Positions 25,928 to 59,774 of a stretch of 64,000 nt of DNA are shown in pieces; within the stretch, counting starts at the first letter, position 1; every line of letters starts with the position of its first letter. Location of the stretch: NCBI GenBank assembly GCA_012295275.1, contig CM022666.1, forward strand, positions 12,338,001 to 12,402,000. The letters are read 5' to 3'. Under the pieces are notes generated by a model. The model was given only the letters and a program-made list of their open reading frames with translations, made no database searches and was not told the DNA's origin. This stretch comes from Chrysomallon squamiferum. Lineage: Eukaryota > Animalia > Mollusca. The position numbers and the translations under genes were made by a program.

Positions 25928-28900
25928 ATGGCAGAGGTTTGTATCATTACTAAATTTTCCTTCAAAATAGCATAGCCTTATTCTGCTTTTATCATCGAAT
26001 GAATTGATAAAATAAAAGCCTATTTGTATTATGCTTTATTTGTAGGTATCTGGAAAATATGCGGTTTTCGTTATCATCTATTTACTTTGTCTGACGTTAT
26101 CATCGAATGTCCCAGTTAACACTGATTGTAAGCGATGTGGAACAAACCAAACGACGTGAGTATTATGTTGAATATAACAATTCTTTACTGAGTATTTAGT
26201 GCTTCGTTCATAATGATTTTAAATATTATTTTTACAAAATATTTGGTAACAGCCGTTATACTCGTTTACTGGTGTCGTAACGTCCACGTGTACAGTGTCT
26301 ATTGAAAGTTATATTTTTCTGACAACGCTAGACGTAACTGTTGAGCAATCCACTACTTCAGTGATTTAAAACATTATACATCTAAAAATAAAAAAATAAA
26401 GCCGAACAAAACAAAATTACATTTTTGAATGTACTGATATTTAATTATGCAGTAAATGAAGCATGTCTAGTATTCACGCACACAAACACGAATACATCTT
26501 ACTCAAACACTACGTATAAACAAATAACCATGAAGCATTTCACTTAGGTGACTTATTTTTAGCATCACTCTGCCTACATTTGTTTCAGATGTCCGCCTGG
26601 TTGTTTAGACTACAACATGACTATCACACAGAGAAACTACACACGGTAAAGCGATTTCCTTTTCAGAAAAGTGATTTATTTGTGTGTGTGTGTTTTGTGG
26701 TTGTGTGTGTGTGTGTATGTGTGTTTGTGTGTGTGTTTTTGTGTGTGAGAAAGAGAGAGAGTGTGTTTAATAAAGAGAGATAGATAGAGACAGATGAAAA
26801 TAGAAGCGTGAGGTAGAGACAGGCATACAGACAAAGAGAGAGAGGGACATAGACAAAGAAAGAGAGAGGTACATAGAGAGACAGACTGAAAGAGACAAGA
26901 GAAAGAGAGACGTAGCTAATGGAACAGTAAATCATTTTATATTTTTCTGTTTCAGATTTCACAGAAGTAAAAGAGGTAAATTATTATTATCTTAGTATTT
27001 TATTTCAGACTAAGCAGACTAAAATTGATTGATGCACTATCAGATATTTGTTACAAATGACAATTTTCTATGCCACGCACACACACACACATAGACACAC
27101 ACACGCAAGCTCGCATACATAAACCCGAATCAAATAATGATAGTAATAAAACAAACACAAGAAAAACCATTCGGCCATCGACACAACTTTTAGAAAAAGA
27201 TTGCTCAACAATGGAGGATCCTCAACGGTTCCCACGAAACACGCAGTTCTTTATCTGTATCTATGTATCTACGTATGTATGAACATATGTAAATATATGT
27301 ATAGGTAGCTATTTTTTTCTACTCATGTTTGTATATGTCTGTTTGCATATACGAGTGCGTCTGTGTATGTATATGTTAGCATAACGTAGCAATAGAAGAT
27401 TTACTCTAAGCGTTGTTATTTTAGCTTCTTTGCCGGAGTTCCCAGACATCAGCTTTGTTAACTGTCCTGTTGTTGGTGCCTACGCCTGTCCTATCCGAGG
27501 CACAAAGGTTGGCATTGTTAAATGGGATCCCCTGAAGGTGGTGTCCAGCAAACACGATAATGTGAAAATAAAACAGATTATGGGCTTGCCTCCCTGGAGA
27601 TTATTTCCTTTAGGTTTTACAAGGATTGGATACATGGCTGAACATCCATCTGGCGCTAAAGCCTACTGCTACTTTCGAGCCTACGTGACAAGTATGTCTT
27701 TGAGTTTCTGTATGCATGCACACATACATACATATACATACATACACACATGCATATATATACAGCTATATATATTTTCATCTGTATGTCTCTAGTATGT
27801 ATGAGAAACAGATGTGTTGTGTGTATGCATGTGTCTGTCTATGTTTGTGGTGCAGATGTGTGTTGTGTATATTTGTACGTGTATATATAATTTATGTATA
27901 TCTATGAGTGCGCTTGTGCATATCTATGTTTGTATGTGCAGGTATGTGTTGTTTATGCATATGTCCACTGAACAAAATAAGGACATAACTTCATGAAACT
28001 GGGAGAACAGCTGTTATATATGTATTTATAAGTGTGTTCCATTGTGCATATGTTGGTGCAAAAATGATGGTAATAGATAGGTTAAGAGAAACTGCGAGAG
28101 ATTTTGACTAGGTGTGGTAACGGTTAAAAAGAACGACACACTTAATAACGGGTATTACCACCTCTTGAATTGACCACTGCAGTGCACAGAATTGACCAAA
28201 GTGTTGAATTCTGCCTGTGAAATATTGTTCCATTCCTGAATGATCACTTGACGAAGTTCGTTGACGTAGTTCGTTGACGTTAGATGGTGTGTTGGGACGA
28301 CGCCTCGTTCATCTGTCCAGACTATCCCAGACATCATCACGTTGTAAAGAAAATCTGGATTCACCCGAAAAAAGAACGGTATTCCAGCGTCGCCGTATAC
28401 AACGAGTGTTTTACCCAATTAAGACGATTTAGACGATGACGTTACGTTAAAACGCATCCGACGTAAGCACGTCGTCCATATAAACCGTCCTATCGTAGAC
28501 GATTACGGACAGTTTGCCCGCTGATTCGGTTATTACGAAGCCCAGGTGTGTTAGCAGTAGTAGCAGTGGCAGTTTGGAGTCGATTGCGCAAAGGCCTGTT
28601 CTGACACAGCATCTTCACCATGCGTTGTAACAGGCGGACGTCCACGACGTGACAGGTTGCTGTGCTTCCTGTCGTTCGAAATCTTACGCGAAGATTTGGT
28701 GTCTCTCCACTCCACTGCAACACAACCAGGCCTTGCAACGTCTTCTGTCGACACACCAGCACCAAGCATGCCAATCGCCCGTTCACGTAAATGACAGGTA
28801 TTCTTCGCGTTAATTTTCAGTCCACATTTTATTTGAATGTTGGTAACAGACTTCATTTATTTACTTATTTAACTTTTCTCGTAGCAACCTTTAAACCGAC

Positions 28901-29366
28901 TTTTAAGGAGTGTATAGATGGAATATTCTACTCGAATACAAATTTCATGTCTGACATAGCCACAGTATCATATGACCCAGTGGTGATTGATGAGCTTTTA
29001 AACTGCGGACCCTATAGCCTAGAACTCGTCAAAGGTCTGCCACCCGGGTATAATTTCACTAAAGGTCTTACTCCGGTAGAATATAAAGCAACCGACCGGT
29101 TTGGAAATACGAATTTCTGCAAGTTCATTGTCAATGTTACAAGTATGTATTTTATATTTATTTTAATAAAAAAAAAAATTATTACTTCTTGCAGAGGAAT
29201 GTTTCTAAGTAATTTCATGAATTACGTATTTAAAAACTTTGTTTTTGTTTTGCTGGTAATGTGATTTTTAAAGAAGAACAACCCAGAAAACATTCAACTT
29301 TTTATGTTGCTTCTCTTCAGTGAATTTCGAGTTTACTTCTTCTTCTTCTTCTTCTTATTATTATTA

Positions 29367-29452
<86 letters not shown>

Positions 29453-30151
29453 TCAGCACTACACTGCAACAGACCAAAGTTTAATGATAGGTTTGTTATA
29501 ATACGCTGTCGTGATGGTTACACTGTGGGGTGCTGGTGCTACCTCACATGCAAATTCCATTTCAAACTGAAAGGAGCCGATCATATTCAGTGTCGAAGTA
29601 TGGAAGTCAAAAGACCTGTACCTAAAACACCTAGAGCATTCTGGAGTCGTGGCCTGAGACTGATTGAACCTACGTGTGCAGGTAGGGATGAAAAAAGTTT
29701 ATAGTGAATTTGAAGACAATTTTACTTAGTGGCGTAGAGTATACAATGATTAATTTTTGTAAAGCAAAATTCCTTCAGTTCTGGATTTAACCTCTTTGGG
29801 TGCAAATCTCATAATGTTCTAATATATCCGTGTCATCATCATTCAGGATTGTCGAAGATCCGTTTTGAAAAGTGTCCTGAACGAACTATCAGAATGAGAA
29901 CGATTCATGGCCAAAAGGTTCGTGTTACGTGGCCGAATGTGCAGGCCAGAGCTGACGTGGGAAGTGTAACACTTACTCAAGTTGAAGGACCGAAACCAGG
30001 AACGTTAATGGGCGCTGGCACAAAATCGATTAAATACATGGCCCTCAGTGATCTGAATGAAACTATGTTCTGCAACTTCACAGTCGTTATTAGTGGTAAC
30101 ATACGTATATTTTATTTTACTGTATTTTATTTTACTTATTTATTTACATAT

Positions 30152-30239
<88 letters not shown>

Positions 30240-31149
30240 ATTGTCATTATTATCATTCTTATTTTCTTTATTTTCTTTTCCTTCTGTCTTAAGACTAACG
30301 ATATCACAAAGTTAAGAATGTTGTTTTGGTATTCATGACTTGATTATAAAGTATGTGTATTTAATATATATCAGGAATGAAACTGTCGTTTATAAACTGC
30401 CCACAGAAGAATCTTACTGCAGAAAATGAAGACAAAAGCTTTTCGGCAGTGGTTTCTTGGCCAGAAATAAAGATTGACACAAACTCAAAAGACATCACAC
30501 TAAGTCAAACAGAGGGACCCCCTTCTGGTTCGGAATTTTCTGGAACTACAACCATCGTGTACCGGGCGAAAGACTTGAGCGGAAACTCTATTACTTGTAA
30601 ATTCTTTGTAATAATCAACTGTAAGTATGATTGCAATGACTTCTAATGTGCTATCTCTAAACATTTCACAGATAAAGTGTAAAATTTTGTTTAGTACGAA
30701 TAATGATATTAATTAAGAATCAGCATATTATAGATTACAAGACAGTAATTCTGATCATTTATAAATTATCATCATGAACACATTATTATCGTCATCATTA
30801 TAATCACGCGACCATCTCCATCATCATCATGATTATTATTATCATTACATCATCATTATCATAGACTGTTATTATCAGCACCGTTACAATCTTTGTCATC
30901 ATCATCATTTTATTGTTATCATCATTATATCGTCATCGTCGTCGTCGTCGGCATCACCATCATCATCATCATCATCATCATCATACATTATTGGGACATA
31001 TGCCGATGAAACCATCAACAGTAGACTGAGAAGGTGTATATATTGTTGCCAATGGACAAGAGTATAGAGTTCATAGAGTTTCTACTCCAAAGTTATATGA
31101 AATGTTTACCTGTCATAACCGTTAATATTTACCATCATCATTATCATCA

Positions 31150-31214
<65 letters not shown>

Positions 31215-32748
31215 TTGTTACTGTTGATCCTTTTGTAGGTTATCTATTCATTCACTCATTTATATTTATCACATACAGTGGTGGAGTGCAGCAAACCTAC
31301 ATTTGTTTCGTCTAACATGATGATTATTTGTGACATGAGATACGTCATAGGCTCACAATGTACCTTGCGCTGCTTTGAATCGTATCCTCTAGTCGGTACT
31401 AAGGAGGCAGAGTGTGTTAACAAAGGTTCTAAGACAGATCGTAAACTTGAATGGGTGTTGAAAGGACAGGAAACTCCTCAATGTCCAGGTACATATATTA
31501 AAAACAGATATTTTTCCATTTCAAACTGTGAATGCATATCTCTACTTGATCAGTATTAATTCAAAATTCTAATGAAATATTTTGTATGTATGTATTTATG
31601 TATGTATGTGAGATTATTATTTGCCCTAATAATAAATAAATATAAATAAATAAATCAATGCCAATTTCCTTTTCTTTTCTTTTCTTTTTTTTTTTCCTTG
31701 TATCAGATAATTTTTATGAATATTCCTGTAGGTTTATTGATAACTGTACTGTTAGTGTCGAAAACAAACTGGTTCTAATCTAATAGTAAAGTGACTATAT
31801 TATTATGAACAGTGAACTGTTACTGGAATATTTTCCTTTTATTGTTGTTTTTAAACCATGATCCTGAATGGACAAAATAATCTACATCTCTGAGGTCTGC
31901 GTCCAAGTTAGCCTTAGGGCTGCGCCGGCCGTGTGTGTGTATATATATATATATATATGTGTGTGTGTATGCATGTATGTGTGTGCATATATGTGTGTAT
32001 GTAAGTAAGTATATTGATCTGTATGTATGTATTATGTTCATACACAGACATACATACACACTATATATTTTTCAGTTCCTCTGTGCGACCCCCTTCCAGC
32101 ACCACACAATGGAGCTCTGATATGTCTCGGTAAGACAGTGTGCATGGCTTTCTGCAACAACAAGTATGATATGGAAGAAACAGACATAGGTCCGTTAGGT
32201 ATGGTAAAATGTCCATATCTAAAATTTGTTTGGAGTCATCCAAACGCCGGTGATTGTACCCGTGAGTTGACACTTGTTTTATAGTAACAAGAGAAATATT
32301 CTAAATATGTTCTATATACTTTCAAGCTGCTACCAATACCATTATTACTGTTACTACTACTACTACAAGTGCTTCTTCTGTTGTTACTACTATTGCCACT
32401 ACCACTCCTAGTACAGCTCTACTGCAACTGCTGCTATCACTATTTCTACTACTAGTAACACTACTACTGCTATTTATTCATTTCTACCGCTACTGCTACC
32501 ACCACTACTACTACTATGATCTATTCTCTACAGAGATGAAGGATAAAGAAGTGAGCGGACCTGGATTATTTCCAGGGTCGTGTCACGATCCAGTCAAAGC
32601 CAAACAATTGAAGTTGAAAGGAGTGGCCGAGTTCTGCAAGACAGTCGTGTGGGCATCTGACTGTCCTTGGACTGTAGAAGATATGGAAATGAGCTGTGGC
32701 ATGGACCCACACATTCTAAGTTCATCTACGACAATAAAAACAATTTAA
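25928..32748 (+). CDS. HYR/sushi gene copy B: intact 12-exon secreted pro-protein, 683 aa (SVEP1/SRPX-like modules)
   Basis: Exons 25928-25936, 26046-26155, 26589-26645, 26956-26975, 27425-27691, 28885-29142, 29457-29681, 29847-30095, 30375-30620, 31279-31488, 32076-32261, 32534-32748; total 2052 nt, all GT-AG, open throughout. Starts MAEVSGKYAVFVIIYLLCLTLSSNVPVNTDCKRCGTNQTTCPPGCLDYNMTITQRNYTRFHRSKR-ASLPEFPD. HYR motif F..CP...V.W...GP.PG..F..G.T.I.Y.A.D..GN...C.F.V occurs four times; six-Cys sushi-type modules occur three times. Confidence 0.88.
27964..28835 (-). mobile_element. Degenerate, internally deleted Tc1/mariner element in intron 5 of copy B
   Basis: Frameshifted transposase pieces LRERAIGMLGAGVSTEDVAR, RRGRPPVTT, RISGQTVRNRLR, NELRQVIIQEWNNISQAEFNTLVNS; TIR-like cactgaacaaaa at ~27966. 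Confidence 0.85.
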
Positions 32749-33001
32749 AAAAATGATGAGTATTATTTATTTTATTATTATTCCTGTAGTTGTTATTCAA
32801 TAAATAAATAAAACAGACATGAATTAGCTAATGCATAAATAAAGTGGATAAAAACACAACCTGTGGTTTGCTTCATATTAGCGTATGACAAGAAGTGTAA
32901 GAAAAAATGTACAGTAGCAGTCATGGGTACCTAAAGCAGAAGGGTCAATGGGGACAATTTCCTTTGTTTTCTACGAAACGCAATACAACGTTTCCATGAA
33001 A

Positions 33002-33123
<122 letters not shown>

Positions 33124-33269
33124 TAACGATGCAGAAACCAAACTGATTGGATTGGCATCAACCAATCAGCGATCGGTACTTGTCAGCGTGTTCAAAACGA
33201 GAAAGAAAATAGACGTCCCCTTCACATCCAGCCCTTTTAATCTAATCTAAAAATTTCCCTTGTTCTTGA

Positions 33270-48228
<14,959 letters not shown>

Positions 48229-48601
48229 CGATGCAGAAACCAAACTGATCGGATTGGCATCAACCAATCAGCGATCCGTACTTGTCAACGTGTTCAAAAC
48301 GCACTTTTCATGAGAAAGAAAATAGACACGCCGTTCACATCCAGCCCTTTAATCTAATCTAAAAACAATTTGTATGTTCCAACTCTTAAACTAAAATAGT
48401 TCAGTTTGCAGGTGTCAGTACAAACATATTAGTAAACATAAACGGATTCCAGGAAAATGATTTAAATTCTAAATACTGTATAAAGCTATAAATACGAACA
48501 AATGTGTTGTACATGTTCAGCAAACGACTTTTTTTGCGTATCCTGGTAATTAGAGATTTTCGAATGAATAACTGATTGTTTTCCAGTGCAGAAGCACTTA
48601 C

Positions 48602-48643
48602 ATCATATCCCAACATTTCTGAGTCTATATTCATTTCAGCCAT
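48602..48643 (-). pseudogene. Paralogous exon 1 of the small coiled-coil-like gene; downstream exons not found nearby
   Basis: MAEMNIDSEMLGYD|gtaagt versus MADSNIDSEMVGHD|gtaagt. Flanks 48275-48900 align with 17770-18420. Confidence 0.65.
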
Positions 48644-48790
48644 TGCTTAAGTACTCGAAATTTTGTTGTTTTTTAAACAATGCGATGACGTCATTTCTTG
48701 GTGCGGCCAAAGCATTGTTTTGAAAGAAAAGAATAACAACAAGGACAAAAATAATAATAATAGTAAGCAATAATAATAATTTCATTTTCA

Positions 48791-48828
<38 letters not shown>

Positions 48829-48973
48829 TACACACACAGAGAGAGAAACACAAACACAGACACACATAGGCATGCACAAAAACAGACACTAGGACTAAGG
48901 TTGTAAAATTGATGAACTTAATAATCCATCATTTCAAAGATAAATATTACTGTCATCATCATCATCATCATCG

Positions 48974-49050
<77 letters not shown>

Positions 49051-49869
49051 TAGTTCCTATTTTGATTTTTTATTTAATTATTTATTTTATTATATTTTTA
49101 CTATATGTGTACTGAAACCATTGCCAAATTATATTATAGTGCGCTTCAGTTTTTTCTGTCTTATCTAATATCTAATTTGTGGAAACTTATACAGCTGTTT
49201 CAATTTTATAATTTAGAAAACCTGATATAAATTTGTAATCAATGAAATATAAACTCAAAAAACATCTAAACATTTGATTCTGCTTTCATACAAAACTTTA
49301 GCAAAACTGTAGCATTTTATAAAGGTTTTAAAGCATATTCGCTTTTCACTCGTAAGTCGCTAATAAGAAAAACAGAAATATTGTGGCTCATTCAGAATCT
49401 TCTTTTTTCCCAAACAAAAGATTTCAAAGAATATTAACTATATTTTGAAAACACTGAAAAAAAGAAAAGAAAACAAGAAAAAGACTTGTAGATTTAGCGG
49501 GTCATATTTTGATTAAAGAATTTCAAGTCGAGATGGAAGTTGTCCCCATTGAACCCTCCTGCTTTCGACGCCCATGACTGCTACTGTACATTTCTTCTTA
49601 CACTTCTTATCTTTTGTAAACACGCCACAAGTTAGGTTTTTGTCCATTTATTTATGTAGCACTTAATTCATGTCTCTTTTATTTTTTTATAATACTACTA
49701 CTAATAATAATAAAATTCAGTGATTTCAAGTTTTTGTAAGTCTGAGTAATTTTCACTTCTGCCGCCAATTGACCTGTCGATCATAGACGGAAGCCAGCGA
49801 GCTCGGACTACCAGTCATTGTCTATATGTTTTTTATTTTTATTTTTTATTATTATTGTCCTAGATGAAC

Positions 49870-56821
<6,952 letters not shown>

Positions 56822-58180
56822 TGTTCCACAGAGATTTTCTCCGAACAGACTCCAGACACTGGACTACCACCAAATCTGTTTCTTGGTGTGGAGTCTCTTG
56901 CAGTTTATGTTATACATGTCGTACACACCACAGTTTATAAAGTATCTTTTTAATAAGGAAAGACGCAATATTCGAAACTCTATACTGAAATTTTAATTAG
57001 TGTATAAAAACATTTAGATGTAAAATCCGTCGTTTATTGCTATGAAACGTCGTTAAATTAACTTTAATATAATAACATTTATGAAAATGACAATTTTTAT
57101 AAGTGTAATATAAATTTTAATTTTAGTGTTAAGGATAGGGTATAAGAAAATATATCGACTTGAAGAAAATTAAACTTTAATTAATTAATTATATAACACT
57201 AAAATGATTATAAATGTTTATAAAATATAAACAGTAAGATTGCGTTTAATTTATTTTTACGATGTAATTAAACCGAATTAATGACAATTATTTTCAAAGA
57301 CATTTTAATTTCTGTTTATTTTAATTTATTTTAATCTTAAAAGACGATTATTTTCTTTGTTAATATTCTTCCCATGTCTTTTTAATACCATTATTACATA
57401 AAAAAAAAATATTAAAATGGAAAATAATTTAATTTTAATTAATTTCTTAAACCGTAGTGCATATTAGATGCATTCTCTCCAAAATGAATCAATGGGCTCA
57501 CTCGAATGTTTCAATTTTAACCCTCGGTCACTAGAAAGGGTCGCCAATTCTTCTTCTTCCTGTAACTCAAGCTCAATGTTGGAAGAATGATTTATGAAAG
57601 GATCTCTAATCCAATTATACCTTTCTGTCTTTAATTACTGAAAGTAATTGTTGATGCTTTCGTGCAGGGCTGTCAGATGAGTAAACACAATAGAGATCAT
57701 TTCTATAATCCAGGTAGAACGCAATAAAGGGAACATATCAAGACTGACAGTGATTGCTTTTTTTTTTTTTCCAAATCACTATTTTCTTTTTGAGGGCAAC
57801 TAACTTGTCTGTTGAAGTGACAATATTTTCCTTTTTACCTTACATACTACTGTTTGTTTTATTTTTGGATCACGTGGAAAAGACCTGTGAGAAGACGAGT
57901 TATGACTCGAGGAAACGGTGAAAAGAACAGAATCATTGAATAACTGTTATGATAAAATACAAACTTTCAAAAGAAGTTCATAAATTTCTTTATTGCAGAT
58001 ACAACATAAATATAAAATCATGTGCAATTTACTGTTTCAGCAGTGACGTCAGTAACAAAACATCCCAAGAAAAGACCAGTGTCGCCACCTAAACAGAAAT
58101 AACAGAAGGGATCAACTGTGTTTAAAAAACATTTACGAGCGAATACAAACCTCAACTCTTAACATAAATATAAGTTTCAT

Positions 58181-58611
58181 ACGACCCTGTGGTGATTAGT
58201 GAGCTTTTAAACTGCGGACCCTATAGCCTAGAGCTCGTCAAAGGTCTGCCACCCGGGTATAATTTTATTAAAGGTCTTACTCCGGTAGAATATAAAGCAA
58301 CCGACCTGTTTGTAAATACGAATTTCTGCAAGTTCATTGTCAATGTTACCAGTATGTATTTTATATATATTTTAAGAAAAAAAAGTATTATTACTTCGTG
58401 CAGAGGAATGTTTCTAAGCAATTTCATGAAAAATGTATTTTAACAGATTATTTATATTCAACTGATAATGGGATATTCAAAGAGGAAAAAGAATTAAAAA
58501 CAACCCAGAAAGCATTTCATTTTTGATGTTTCTTTTGCTTCAGTCAATTTCGAGCTTACTATTATTATTATCATCATTGTCATTGTCGTTGTTATTATCA
58601 TTACATTATTA

Positions 58612-58677
<66 letters not shown>

Positions 58678-59076
58678 TCAGCACTATAATGCAACAGACT
58701 AAAGTTTAATGATAGGTTTGTTATAATACACTACGTGATGGTTACACTGTGGGGTGCTGGTGCGACCTCACATGCAAATTTCATTTCAAACTGAAAGGAG
58801 CCGATCATATTTAGTGTCGAAGAATGGAAGTCAAAAGTCGGGACCCACCTGTGCAGATAGGGATGAAAAAAGTTTACAGTGAATTTGAAGACAATTTTAC
58901 TTTTTGACGTAGAGTATGCAATGATTAATTTTTGTAAACTAAATTTCCTACAGTTCTGAATTTAATGTCTTTGGGTGTAAATCTTGTAATGTTCTGATAT
59001 ATCCGTATCATCATCATTCAGGATTGTCGAAGATCCGTTTTGAAAAGTGTCCTGAAAGAACAATTAGAATGAACAC
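58181..59076 (+). pseudogene. HYR/sushi gene fragment E (3' part of exon 6, disrupted exon 7, start of exon 8)
   Basis: ELLNCGPYSLELVKGLPPGYNFIKG..FCKFIVNVT. Exon 7 (~58682-58856) has a frameshifting deletion, CAG to TAG (catatttagtgt), loss of the variable loop and a donor changed to at. Exon 8 breaks off after ..RTIRMNT. Confidence 0.85.
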
Positions 59077-59574
59077 CCACTTTTTTTTTATTTTTTATTT
59101 TTTTTATTTTGTTTTGGTTTTGTATCAGATGATCTTGAAGAAATTGCTTTATTGATAACTGTATAGTTTATAAATCTAACAGTGAACTGACTATATATAA
59201 ATCTTATGAACATTGATCTGTTTTTACTGAGTTATATTTTCTTTTTATTATTGTTTCAAAACCATGATCCTTAATGGACAAAATAATGCACATCTCTGAG
59301 GGTCCATCCTAGTTAGATTTATGGCTTCGCCTGTTCTGTATATAATGTTGCATGTATGTATGTATATGTACATGTGGGTGTATGTATGTATTATGTATCT
59401 ATGTTTTGTATTTTGTATGTCTGGATATATTATGAACATATATATATATATATGTATAATTTAATTTGTCTATGTAAACGATACACGTTTGGATGTGTAT
59501 ATTTATTTATATATGTATGTGTATGCTATGTATGTAGTATAAATACAGACTGACACACACACACACACACACAC

Positions 59575-59774
59575 NNNNNNNNNNNNNNNNNNNNNNNNNN
59601 NNNNNNNNNNNNNNNNNNNNNNNNNNNNNNNNNNNNNNNNNNNNNNNNNNNNNNNNNNNNNNNNNNNNNNNNNNNNNNNNNNNNNNNNNNNNNNNNNNNN
59701 NNNNNNNNNNNNNNNNNNNNNNNNNNNNNNNNNNNNNNNNNNNNNNNNNNNNNNNNNNNNNNNNNNNNNNNNNN
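59575..59774. other. Assembly gap (200 N)
   Basis: Run of N. Confidence 1.

Noticed and set aside
26580-26783. ORF MFQMSAWLFRLQHDYHTEKLHT (also 55728-55913)
   Set aside because: Wrong frame of exon 3. Splice phases and synonymous changes support CPPGCLDYNMTITQRNYTR.
58044-58051. Another TGACGTCA between copies C and D
   Set aside because: Single 8-mer with no paralogous conservation or nearby start site; may be chance.
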